Of a DNA stretch of 64,000 nt, positions 1 through 11,672 are shown one piece after another. Below the pieces are notes generated by a model. The model saw only the letters and a program-made list of their open reading frames with translations. It ran no database searches and was not told the origin of the DNA. The stretch is from contig CDMY01000688.1 of assembly GCA_001179505.1 (NCBI GenBank), positions 124,001 to 188,000 of the forward strand. The letters are read 5' to 3'. Each line of letters begins with the position of its first letter. Positions within the stretch are counted from its first letter, which is position 1. The DNA comes from Vitrella brassicaformis CCMP3155. Taxonomy: Eukaryota; Protista; Chromerida. The position numbers and the translations under genes are program-made.

Positions 1-83
1 AAAACACGAAGGCACCCACGCAATTGTCCAATTTTGCCTGTCTGTGTGTGGTTGTGTTGTGTTGTGTCTCACACAACTCTCAG

Positions 84-1042
84 TTGAGGATTACACTGGT
101 GTGTCGTTCACCATCCGCAAGGAGGAGCAGCAGGAGGAGGGCAGTGGTTCGGTGGCCGAGCTGCTGACCCCCCTGGCGGCCTCCCAGACCAAGTGGGACA
201 TCTCCCCGCCCGTCACCGAGCCCCCTCCCCCCGCTCCCAGGGAACAAGAAGACGACAACAACCAGCCTGACACTGAGGCACCGCAACTCACCACAGAGAC
301 CAACAACACCACCAAGGACGACGGCACCGACAAGAAGGAGTCGGCACCCACACCCGCACCGGCCCCTGCGCCGTCCACAGAGCAGCATGCGTCCGAGAGG
401 CACCACCATAAGGGCGAGACGGACAGCACTGCGGCGGTGCTGCAAGACGACGGACCCGACGATGACGAGCAGGACGACAACCATCACCACCACCACCAGC
501 AGCAGCAGCAGGGGGAGGTCATCGCACCGAAGGACACCTGCCCCAGCCCCAGCCCCCCCACCACCACCAAGCCAGAGGAGCCGACCACCACCATCACACA
601 GGGCGGCAACCAGCACACAACCAAGGCCGACACCGCCACACCATCACCCTCCCCATCCCCACCGGCACCAGTGGTGACGGCCAACGCCGCCGCCCCGATC
701 GTCAAGGCCGAGTGTGCGGCGGGCGGCTGCGGTGAGCAGGGGCAGGACAACAAGGCGGGGGAGGGGGAGGGCAAGGGGGCTGGGGAGGGGCAGGTCGTCG
801 GCGCCGTCAAGGAGGTCACGCCATCGGCCTCCCCTTCGTCGGCAGCCAAGGCGGCCAAGGCCACCCAGGGCCCTGTGGGCGGTAGCGAGAGGAGTGCGGA
901 CGCGTCGACGACTGACGTTGAGGAGCACGAAGCCATGCTGGCACACAAGCAGGCTGCCGCCGTGGCCACGGCGGCGGCAGGGGAGGGAGAGGGGGGTGAG
1001 GAGGAAAAGGAGGACGTCAGCGGCACCGAGGCCGCCGCGTAG
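84..1042 (+). CDS. Terminal exon of an upstream gene; low-complexity Pro/Thr/Ala/Glu-rich tail
   Basis: Long open frame after an acceptor (ctcag, 81-83) ending at TAG 1040-1042, followed by microsatellite-rich UTR. No recognisable domain. Confidence 0.65.
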
Positions 1043-3808
1043 ATATAGATAGACCACACACACCACACATACTCACTCCCTCACTGGGGCGAGGCGAGAG
1101 AGGGAGAGAGAAACAGATAGAGAGAGAGAGAGCGTGTGTAGATGGATGTCTGGATGTCACACCTGTGTTGTGTTGTGAGTGTGCAAAGCACGCGCGCCGG
1201 CCGCGCAGGCAGGCAGGCAGGCACACGACGGACGCTGGTGTGTGCCCTTCGGTGCGGCGCCTGGCGTGCTGGTATATCGCTATATAGATATGCCATATGT
1301 CTGTTGGCTGCTGCTGGTGCTGCTGCTTGATGAGAGAGAGGCTGTGTATACAATTGATGAGAGTGTTCCATAGAGGGAGGGAGGGAGGGAGGGAGAGGGA
1401 CAGGAGGGACAGGAGGGCGGGGCGTCTGGTGCACGCGCACGAGTGCATCTGTGTATGGGTGCATGTGTGTGCACAGGGTATGTAACTAACATACCCTCCC
1501 TGGCCGACTGACTGACTGAGTGAGTGATAGTTGCCTGCCTGCCTGCCGAGTGTGAGAGGGGAGTGGAGGTGCGGTGATGTCAATAATATTGAGAGGAGGA
1601 AGGCGATAGATAGATAGCCAGGCAGAGAGGAGGGAGGGACGAATGACGGAGGAGGAAGGGAAGGAGGACGAATGGGCGTTTTCTACAGACAGACAGCCAC
1701 GGGGCCGCCCGTCACAAAGGAAAGGACTCCAGGGGCGGCTCGGGCTGGACGACTGACTCGCCTTCTCGCCTTCTGTATCTAAACCTATGCATATGGCCTG
1801 TAGGTATTTGTAGGTCTTGTCGATGGAATCGAATGCGCCCGCCTGACTGGTTGTTGTCCGAGAGTGATGGTGCTATCTGGTGGTGTTGCCGTGTGTTGCC
1901 TTGTGCTGTCTGTCTTGTCTTGTGCTGTCTGTCTTTGACGAGCTATGCCATTCTCTCATCCTCCTTTATAGGACCTCCATGGCATCCATCCTTTCCGCTG
2001 CTATGCTGCCTGCTATGGTTTTCCCCAGCGCAAGCATAGCAAGGCAATTCACCAGTCAGGTCGATCCCTCTGCGTTAAGACGGTTTCTCTATGCTATGAC
2101 GAATGAGTGAGTGGTTGTCAATAGGTGGCGTGATTCTCTCTCTCTCTCTCTCTCTCTCTCTGGCTGGCTTACTGCCTGCCTGTGTGGCTTCCTGCGCGGT
2201 CAATCGTTTAAGTTGTTTCGCTTTGCATGGCTGGCTGGCTGGCTGGCTGGCTGCTGGGCAGGGTCGGAGCCTGATGTGATTGATGCCTTCCGTCACACAG
2301 AGCATTGCACATCACACCACAACACAACACAACACAGCGTTCTTACAGCCTGCCTGCCCGGCTGCCTGTCTACACACATTTGTTGGTATCTATCGTGTCT
2401 GTCTCTGTCTGTCTGTATAATTGCATACCCTTCATCATATCATCCAATGGCATTGTCTATCTAATCGTGTGCGTGCGAGTATCCCCACACACCGTCGACC
2501 GACCAATTCGACTGCCTGCCTGCCGGGCTGGCTGGCTGGCTGGCTGGCTCGTCTGGCGCCACAAACCAAGTCATTTTTGGTCTGCCTCCAGGCCGGCCTG
2601 GTCCATGATCCAGGCAGGCCTATGTCCGCCTGTCTGCCTGTCTGCCTGTCTGTCTGTCCAGCCCTGCCTGCTCGTCTGGATGGATGGATTCATTGCGTGC
2701 ATTTTAATCGAGAGAGACGGGATGGGGTCCCAGGGAGGGCTGCCTGGCTGGCTGGCTGGCTGCATGGTGTCTGTCGTTTAAACCGGCCCACCACCGCGTA
2801 CGTATCTATGATCTGTCTGTCCATAGCTATCCTATCTCATGGCCTGGCGTTGTTTACCTTTTTCCCACACAGACACACAGGGCTTGAAAGGAAGGGCTGG
2901 GCAGCCCAGGTTTGTCAAGGTAAGGTGGTGGATAAGATAGATAGCATTCGGTGTCACCGCTGGGTGCGTTTGTGTGTCTGTCTGCATCACACCACACCAC
3001 ATCACATCACATGGCACACCTGCATGTAGCTCCTGACTGACTCTATCTGTGTGTGCGTGCAGTCACTCGCTTGCCTTGCCTTCTCCGCCTCTCTCTCTCT
3101 CTCTCTTGACATCGCGCGTATGTCAGTTTTGACCCCATCTCTCTCTCTCTCTCTATCTCTCCAGCTGTCTGTCTGTCTGTCTGTCTGTCGTCCTACATGG
3201 TGCATGCCATGCCTTCATCGGTGCATGACATGACGCGTCAGTGAAAGAGAGAGGAGATAGCTTTATAGCAGCACGTGATGAATTCGGTCCTCTCGTTTTG
3301 TGTTCGTGTCAGTCATGGGTGCCTGCCTGCCTGCTTGACATCTCACTCATCTCTTCATTCAGTTTAATACTCGCGAGCGATATCAGAAAAGCCTTGCCGG
3401 GCCAGTAGGCACATAGATCACACAGACAGACAGACAGACAGAGCAACGACGAGCGGATGATGAACGACGAGAGAGCGAAGTGCTTTCGAATGTGTGGCTG
3501 GATGGATGGATGGTCGTGAATGAGTGAATGACATGACTAGGGGGCGGGGGGGTCATATCCACACACAGACAGACAGACAAGTGGAAGGACCAATGCGTTC
3601 GTTGGTGGAGCAGTGAGTGAACCGCTAGCTGACGGAGCCACGGAAGAATAAATAGCACACGAATTGAATTAGATGGGTATATGGGTCCACACGCACACGC
3701 CGACACACAGGGACTGACAACGGACAAAGCGCGCAAAAACAAGACACTGTGTGTGCATCTACCAACCAACCACACCAACCGCACCACCCACACACGATCT
3801 ACCGTCCG

Positions 3809-5364
3809 TCACCGCTCCTTCTTTCTCTCTTGCTGCTGCCTTTTGTGGCTGACATCTGTGTCACCACCAGCATCAGCACTAGCATCAGCAGTCTTTTCAT
3901 CCTCGTCTGCTGTCGGCACCTCATCCGGCAGCAGCATCAGGAAGCAGCACCCACCCACAACCATCACCACCACAGCGGCCGCACCCAACACCACCAACAG
4001 ATTCAGCACGCTCTCGCTCGCAAAGGCTATCGTCCCGTTAGCCATGCGTCTGGCGCCCTTGACCATTCTGGTGGGCATCCCCCACAGCCCCTCATACTGC
4101 CTCGCCAGCTGCCCCTTCAGCAGCCGATCCAGCCCTTCCGGCAGCGAGTCGATCGTGAGCAGAGTGTCGTCCTCGTAGAAAGCCTCTTTCTCCGCGTCAA
4201 TGACGACCACCTTGGGCAGCCGCGCAGCGTCGACACTGAAGGCTTCGAGTGACTCGCCCCACTGCACGCCATTGACATACCCGAAGAAGAAGTCGTTCTT
4301 GTGTCGTTTGGCCGCGGCCTGGAGGGCCTTCAGGTGGGTGTGAGCTGAGGGGGTGTCTGGGTCGATGGCCAGCACAACAGTCCGCCGGCCCGCGTGTGTG
4401 AGGTCGAAGAAGTTGTCCCGGCCCATCTCGCTGACCAGGGGAAACCGATGCGCCTTGAGCCACGTCTGCAGCCACGCCAGAGTCTCGCTCTCGCTCTCGC
4501 CGCCCTGAGGCTCGCCGACATCCAAGCGCACCATCTGGCCCATGTCGGCCGCGGCAAACACGTCTGGGTCCACCCCTTCCCCGACGCTTGTGAGCAGGAA
4601 CACTTTGTCCGAGAAGGACTGCCGCTTCTCCCTCACTGTCGGGGGCGCCGCGTCGATCCACACGTCGAGAGAATACGTGACAGCGAAGAAGTGCCGATCT
4701 CTGTACTCGACGGCCAGATGGAGGTAGGCCAGGGGGACGAGATGACCAGCACTACTCGGGGAATGAGGGATGAAGAGCAGACAGCCCACTGCTGAAGGGT
4801 CGAAGTCGTGGTGGTACGTGGTGAGGGCGGCCACCGAGTCCACGGCCTTCACAGGGGGCTGGATCATCCTCTCGCAATACGCCACCAGGCTGTCGGCCTG
4901 CCGTCTGCCCCGGTAGCTCCGCGGCGGCATGCCGTCTCGAAAGAACTTGACGGCTGGATACCCCTTGATGCCGTATCGGCCACACAGCTTGCTCTCCTTT
5001 GAGCAGTCCACTTTGCCCAGCTGCACAGGGGTCTCCTCCCTCGCCATGGTCTCGGCCGCCTGCTCGAACTCGGGCATCAGACGCTTGCAGTGACCGCACC
5101 ATGGCGCGTAGAACTCTGGTCAAAAGTGGTATAGATCACACATCTCTTCTCACACAGATCTCGTGAGTGATGTGTACCGATGAGCCAGTCGCTTTCGCGC
5201 AGTTTGGCGTCGAAGTTGCTGCCGTGAAGCGTCGCCACTCGCTCGGGCATTGGTGGTGCTGCTGCTGATGCTTTGCTGAGGTCATGCTGCTGCGATGCTG
5301 CCGCTGCGCCAATCATCCACAGTGGCCACAGGGCGGCGAGCAAAATGACTTCGCTCGCCGCCAT
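3809..5364 (-). CDS. Membrane-anchored protein disulfide isomerase / thioredoxin-domain protein (TMX3-like); exons 5364-5178 and 5115-3809
   Basis: Signal peptide MAASEVILLAALWPLWMIGAAAA. A phase-1 GT-AG intron (5177-5116) joins LI-E-FYAPWCGHCKRL, giving the CGHC active site. Also CGRYGIKGYPAVKFF, a C-terminal TM helix (LLVVLGAAAVVVMVVGGCCFLML) and a KKER di-lysine ER-retrieval end. Confidence 0.92.
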
Positions 5365-5411
5365 AGAAGCTGTCAAGGGGATCACCAGCAGTCCAGCTCC
5401 CCGAATAACTG

Positions 5412-5458
5412 CAGGGTTCGGTTTACAGGGTTTGTGGAAACCCTGAACCACAAACCCT
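5412..5458. promoter_or_regulatory. Cluster of telomere-like (telo-box-like) AGGGTTT/AAACCCT motifs upstream of the PDI start
   Basis: cagggtt, cagggttt, aaaccctg and aaaccct within 47 bp. Similar clusters at 6638-6668, 6793-6815, 10042-10065, 46355 and 51955. Confidence 0.45.
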
Positions 5459-5659
5459 TCACCAATGAACTCTTGCGTGTTCAGGGATGATATCGATTGG
5501 CAGTTGGTAGTAATAACTTGATAGGCGAGACGCAATCAACAGCTATACACAAAGAGTTAAGCTACAATGGACAGATGCGTCCGTACACACACAGATTCGC
5601 ACACACACACAAAACACACGACAGACAATCAGTACACTCACCTCTCCCTCAGCTTTTCC

Positions 5660-6600
5660 CTATGCACGCTCGTCTCGGCAGACTGAGTGTTCTTCGCTTT
5701 GGCTGGTGTGGTCCTTCTTCGGCCTTTCCTCCCACAGCACCCAGGCAGACCAGATCACATTCAGCAGGAACCCCATAAAGCCTATGTCGCCTTCATCCCA
5801 ACGAGGCATCCGGGGTGATGAGAGAAAGGGATAATGAAGTCCGTCTGCTTGTCGATGAACCAGACCATTGGTATCTTGATCACAAAGACGCCAAGCGTAA
5901 GCTGGAAGATGATAGCGGCTGGCGTGGAACTGGTTCTGGCGACGCATAGCCTCCGGGCCGGTCATTCACACTAGAGAGTCACCAGGGGGGCATCAGAAGA
6001 AAAACGCCCAGGGGCCAGGCATGAGCCTCATCATGCGCAGTCTTATCTCGTCGTCCTCGCTAAGCTCACGCCGAGCTTCGTACGTACGCACACAAGGGGA
6101 ATACATAAGATGCGATTCCATCCATCCAGGGCATCCAGCCATGTGTACATACTCACTGCCTAAGGCCTCTCTCTCTCTCTCTCTGCCCCTCTCCCTCCCT
6201 GGCTCACTTGGTGCTGGTGTTGGAGGTGGCTTGGTGAGTTTGAAGATGATGGGGGCGGCAGCGGTGCCGACGCCTTCTGCCAGCGTGTCCTTCAGAGTGG
6301 CGCCCAGCTTCACCGCCGTGCCGTCAGTCTTGGTGAGCTTGGAATCACTGTCGACGCCGATCTTCTCATCGACAGCGTAGTCCTCCCGGGCTCGTTCCAG
6401 GACGTCGATGAGCTGGTCCTCGGCACGAAGCTAGTATCTGAAGATCGAGTCTTTCTTCTCCCCGTTGATTTCGATCCCGACGAATACACTGAACAACTTC
6501 TTCGCATCATCGGCCGCCGCACTGGGCTCGTCAGCCGGGAGGGAGGGCCGACCTGAGCTCTGCAGCCTCAGCAGATGACGTCTGGCAGTGGCGGTGGCGG
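5660..6600 (-). pseudogene. Degenerate inverted paralog (copy A) of the gene at 10.1-11.25 kb
   Basis: Translates GIEINGEKKDSIFRY*LRAEDQLIDV...TLKDTLAEGVGTAAAPIIFKLTKPPP, colinear with copy B. In-frame TAG at 6431-6433 where B has Glu. No ATG at the position of B's ATG. Extra stops and a frameshift in the downstream TM frame. Confidence 0.8.
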
Positions 6601-7339
6601 TGGGGCCGACGAACGGGATGGCGGTGCTTCGAGTTTGTTTAGGGTTGAACCCTAATTCCTAAACCCTGCGTCGGCAGGTGAGTTTTTCCTCCGCCCACTC
6701 ACGGCCGTGTGAGAACGTGTTGCCAATGAAGTGAATTCTCGGTATGGATGCGTGGAGAGCAGGCACGCCTGTGACAGGATTGAGATCTCGTATAGGGTTT
6801 TTAGGGCTTAGGGTTCGCGCCGGACCAGGGTAGACAAGAACTCACCCATACCGCTGGTCAGCTATGTCACGCTATTACACAGACACACATGCACACACAT
6901 ATGCAGACGTCCCTGTCTCCTTCTCTCTCCCTCTTTCTCTCAGCTACTAGGTAGACGAACAAGACGTCCATCCACACACATAGCGAAGAACACACACGCA
7001 CACACGCACACACACACACCACACACACACCTGACTTCATTTCTCATTCAACCTCTTCGAACGAATCGACTTCTCAAAACAGCTGCACAGTGGGCACTGA
7101 GGTCAGAGAGAGAGACAGAGAGAGAGAGACACGTGCCCCTCCCTACATAGGTCTGCACATGCATGGGCGGCACCGGCCTCCTCTACACACACCGCACCAC
7201 ACCCTGACTGACTGACACGCGGCCACCACTTGATAAAGACAGACAAAGCATCAAATAAACCACACACCAACATCGCAACACATCGCAACACACCCACACT
7301 TCCCCCATCCATCCATCCATTGATCCATCCATTTATCCA

Positions 7340-9715
7340 TCAGGGCAGGCCCCCGTGTGTGCGGCCGTTGGTCGCCGCCATGCCGTCATGGGCAGCCGAG
7401 GGCACCTCTCGCGACACATAGCTGACAATCGGCCGATAGGACATAGTGTGGTACACCTTCCTGCCGCTGCTGCCATTGATGGTGCGGTTGGCGGCGGGGA
7501 CGGTGGGAGATGGCCGCACACACAGACACACTGACACCCACAGAGAGAGAGAGAGAGAGTCTGTCTGCCTGCCTGCCTGTTTTGTTGTTTGTGTACCGAT
7601 TATGAGTGCAAAGACGCCGATGAGCAGAGCGATCCAGACGCCCTCTTGAGGCAGCACACCGACACGGCTGGGGGCAGTGGGCCGGTCCTGGTAGGACGGG
7701 CAGTGCGCCTCAACGAAGCCCACGAGCTGCCTCTGCTTGTCGACGATGACCTCGTGGCCGACCATGAAGGACATGCCTAAAACCGCCGACTGCCGGCGAT
7801 TGTCGTCCACTGCCAGGCACCAGATGCTGCACACACACACAGTCAGACACAGAGAGAGAGAGTGAGATTGGGCGTGTGTCAGGTGTGTGTGTGTGTGCGT
7901 GCTGCTTGTGCTGCTTACTGGTCGCTGCCGCGTGCGTGAAGGTAGGAGGTCGGCCGCCATGGCACCTTGCCGCCCCTACAAGCAATCCCCACGCACATGA
8001 TCCATCCATCCATCCATTTGTGCGACTCCCCTCCCTCCCTGCCTCCCTCCCTCTGAGGCTCCCTCACTTGAACTGCAGATGGATGGTGGGGAAGAGCTCA
8101 GCCGTGCTCCTCCCGCCCTTGAGCGACCAACACATGTCCCCGCCACTTGGTCCTCCTGCTGTGTCCCCTCCAGTGTTGTCAGCGGCCACGCCCTCATTCA
8201 CCGAGGAGTGCAGCCGCCGACAGCCAGGGATGGGCCCAACCCCACTGTGGCTGCTGCTGGTGGTGGTGGCGGTGGTAGAGAGGGGCGGTGGCGAGATGAA
8301 GGTGCCGTCTTTGTCATTATCGGTGTGGTGTGTCTGCTGGTGCCTGATGGTGTCGGTGAGGGGGCTGCTGCCGCGGAGGTTGTTGCCGCCGCTGTCTGGC
8401 GGGCAGAGAGAGAGGAAAAGCGCACGGAATGACGGCCACACCGACTTGGGCAGATACGTGTAGGTGGTGCCTATACAGGGCATCCCACCCACCCACCCAC
8501 ACAAACACAAACACAAACACATCCCCCACACACACACACAGAGTCAGTAACAGATAATGGATGTCATGTGCACTCTCTCTCTCTCTCTTTCTCTCTCTCC
8601 GACCCACCCGAGTCGACGATGGCCTGCACCCATTCCTCAGTTCCCCATCCAAGCCGGACATCGCCCACCCAGCCCCCCTGGATCGTCACCGCATAGTACA
8701 CTGACGGCACCATACTCGTCCACACACCCTCACCACCACCAAACTCAGAGGAGGAATTGCCGCTCCACCCCCCCACCGTCAGCAAACCTCCCTCTTCAGC
8801 CAGACAGATGCTGAAGGCCCGACGCGGCACTGTCATGGTGTCGAAGATGGCGTCGAGGAAGGTGGGATGGTCGCTCTGGCGGCGTGATGCGATGCCCAGG
8901 ATGCCCGAGGCCTTCTGGGTGCGGAAGAGCTTGTTCTCCTCTGAGTGGCACCCGGCGAAGGCTTTGACGGGGGGGTTGTCCTGCTGGCGGTCGCCCAGCT
9001 GGATGAAGTCTGAGAACCAGTAGCCCACGATCTGGCTGCCCTCGGTGTAGCCCTGCCGGTAGCTGCAACGGCCGTGTCTGCAGGCGCTCGAAGGGCACCA
9101 CTCCAGCGGCTCTCCTCCCTCTCTCCAAACCGACAAAGACGGCTCCCCCTGTGTGCCACCATCCTGGTGGTGACAGCTCTCCCATTCGGCCGATTGTGAG
9201 AGGCGAAAGTCGAATGGCGAGTCGATGTGGCTGCCGCAGTGGAGGCAGTTCTTGCAGGGGAAGGCGAGTATGGTGCTGCCGGTGTCCAAGATGACCGACT
9301 GCCGCTGCGGCACGGGGCTGCCGATGAGCAGGTCGAGGTAGTAGTACCCCGTGCCGTAGATGCCGCCATACAGCTGCGCGTACTGAACCCTCCCAGCGCC
9401 GCCTACGGTGGCACTGGTGGCAGGTGGAGGAGAGGGGGATGATGATGACCACTCGGACTCATTAGTATCCCCCACCGATAGCCCCCGATAATGGGCACTG
9501 GCTATCCTTCCCTCCAGCCCCCGTGTGTCTGCAGAGCTGCTGTCCTCGGTGGCTCCCCTCGGGCATCCCACTCGCCAGATCACAAGAATGGCCGTGAGGG
9601 TAGCGACCGCACAGGCCGCCTCAAGCCGACAGACGCCGCGAGATGGCTTCTCATCGGGAGGAGCGCTCGGGATGGGCTGAGGGGGTGGGGAGGGGGGCGG
9701 GATGCTGGGCATCAT
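7340..9715 (-). CDS. A1-family aspartic protease, plasmepsin V / ASP5-like, with N-terminal hydrophobic anchor and C-terminal TM; 5 exons
   Basis: YYYLDLLIGSPVPQRQSVILDTGSTILAFPCKNCLHCGSH (first DTG plus Cys-rich insert). The second catalytic motif IVDS|GTTYTYLP spans intron 8607-8471. Also LGMSFMVGHEVIVD and TM GVWIALLIGVFALII|VCLC. All splice phases are compatible. Confidence 0.9.
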
Positions 9716-10253
9716 CTGTCGGCCTGTCGCTCAGTAGCCCTCACTGGGAAGGAACACAACACACACGCATATGGAACAGACAGACAACCGAAAGACGACC
9801 GTGGCAGGTCCGTTGCTTTGCTCGATATTTCTCGCTGATCTGTGCTTACCTAGTTCATGGCGTTGATCTGCCCATCCTCCACTCCCTGCCACCGCCGGAC
9901 GGCCTCTCGAAAGGCAGCTGACAGTCAAACTTAGCGGCGGGTGCGGGAAGGCCACCAAAACTTGCCGAGGATTCTCTTCATTGTCGCACAACACGTCCTC
10001 ACAGTGCCGTGAGGGACGGAGGAGAAAGTCACCTGGCGACGCAGGGTTTAGGATTCAACCCTAAAACCGAAATGTAACGCAGGCCCGACGAGTTTCCTCG
10101 CATAAACCGCACGGCATGATGGCATTCCTCCCCCTGTCGGCGATGGTCATGAGCCTGACTCTCAGTGTCGTCGGCAAGCCGACTCAGCCAAGACAGGACG
10201 CGTTTGTGTGCCTATCGTGAGTGGTTTGCCTGTTGCTGTGTGTGTGCCGTCAG

Positions 10254-10714
10254 GTGCCATCTGCCGCCTTCGTCCACCTCACTCGAACCATGCCAACCAC
10301 TGCCAGACGTCATCTGCTGAGGCTGCAGACGACATCGAACCAGCCCTCTCTTCAGGCTGACGAGCACGGTGCGGCGGCCGATGACGCCAAAAAGGTCAGG
10401 GTGGTCATCGGGATCGAAATCAACGGGGAGAAGAAAGACAAGATCTTCCTCTACGAGCCGAGCGACGACGATCAGCTCCTCGACCTCATTGAACCGACCC
10501 GGAAGTACTTCGAAGTCGATCCGTCAGTGGCAGCCGACAATGATTATAAACTCACCAAGTGTGACGGGACGGCGGTGGACCTGGACGCCACTGTGAAGGA
10601 CACGCTGGCAGATCGCGTCGGCACCCTTGCCGCCCCCATCATCTTCAAAGTCACCAAACCACCTCCAACACCAGCACCAACACCACCTCCAGCACCAGCA
10701 CCAAGTGAGCCAGG

Positions 10715-10750
<36 letters not shown>

Positions 10751-11253
10751 CCTCAGGGAGTGAGTACGTCCACATGGATGGATGGAATCGCATCTTATGT
10801 ATTTCCCTGTGTGTGTGCGTACGTACGAAGCTCGGCGTGATCTTAGCGAGGAGAAGGAGCTAACACTGCGGATGATGAGGCTCATGCCCGGCCCCTGGGC
10901 GTTTTTCTTCTGATGCCCCCCTGATGACTCTCTCGTGTGAATGGCCGGCCCGGAGGCTATGCGTCGCCAGAACCAGTTCCACGCCAGCCGCTATCATCTT
11001 CCAGCTCACGCTTGGCGTCTTTGTGATCAAGATACCAATGGTCTGGTTCATCGACAAGCAGACGGACTTCATTATCCCTTTCTCACATCAGCCCGGGCGG
11101 CCTTGTTGGGATGGAGGCCATATCGGCTTTATGTGGTTCCTGCTGAATGTGATCTGGTCTGCCTGGGTGATGTGGGAGGACAGGCCGAAGAAAAAGGATC
11201 ACACCAAAGCGAAGAACACTCAGTCTGCTGAGACGAGTGAGGATGTGAAATAG
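10254..11253 (+). CDS. Uncharacterised protein (copy B): globular, possibly ubiquitin-like N-domain, Pro linker, then hydrophobic segment; downstream TM ORF lies in the +1 frame
   Basis: ORF VRVVIGIEINGEKKDKIFLYEPS...KVTKPPP; intron 10705-10830; exon 2 TRRDLSEEKELTLRMMRLMPGPWAFFF* (TGA 10911-10913). A +1 ORF with GC3-rich codons runs to 11253. The upstream 10116 ATG gives a signal-peptide-like stretch, but its splice phase does not join cleanly. Confidence 0.6.
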
Positions 11254-11672
11254 CTGAGCGACAGAGAGAGGGAGAGAGGGAGGGAGGGAGGGAGGGGCGT
11301 GTGTCTACTGTTTGTCTGTCATGTATGTGTGTATTGTAGCTTAGTTGACAAGACATTTGTGTACAGCTGTCAGTGGCATGCCGCGTGTCACCTTATGATT
11401 CTGATGATTGAATCAATCATCATGACGGACAAGAGTGCGTTGCCATGGTTGATACGATCCTCCACCCAACACGTAAGCCCCATTGGTCAGCATCAATGGG
11501 GACTTGCACATGGACACACACATTCCCAAACACACACGTCGTTGCCCCTCCCCAGCCCAGCTGACCTCGCCCTCACAAGCAGCAGCGGCAGAAAAAAGGA
11601 AAGGCCCATCTATCCATCCATCCAACCACACTCACACACCAACACCACCCCACGCACTCACCCATTGGCTCG

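Larger units (their letters stand above)
5559..11344. repeat. Inverted repeat pair of about 1.1 kb (about 5559-6670 vs about 10040-11344) flanking the aspartic protease gene
   Basis: Reverse-complement homology is visible across exon 1, the intron, exon 2, the TM ORF and the 3' end (shared taagctacaat at 5559-5569 and 11334-11344). Confidence 0.9.

Noticed and set aside
1999-2045. Hairpin tgctatgct...agcatagca as a structured ncRNA or SECIS
   Set aside because: Short stem in repetitive UTR with no diagnostic motifs.
1100-3800. Many 60-200 aa ORFs between convergent genes
   Set aside because: They are translations of GGCT/GACA/CT microsatellites in probable 3' UTRs, with no coding signal.
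10900-11253. Ornithine decarboxylase antizyme gene
   Set aside because: Only the shift-site context matches; the +1 ORF is hydrophobic and lacks antizyme motifs.
5559-11344. Composite DNA transposon with long TIRs carrying the protease
   Set aside because: The repeats are spliced gene copies with shared 3' ends; no target-site duplication or transposase seen.
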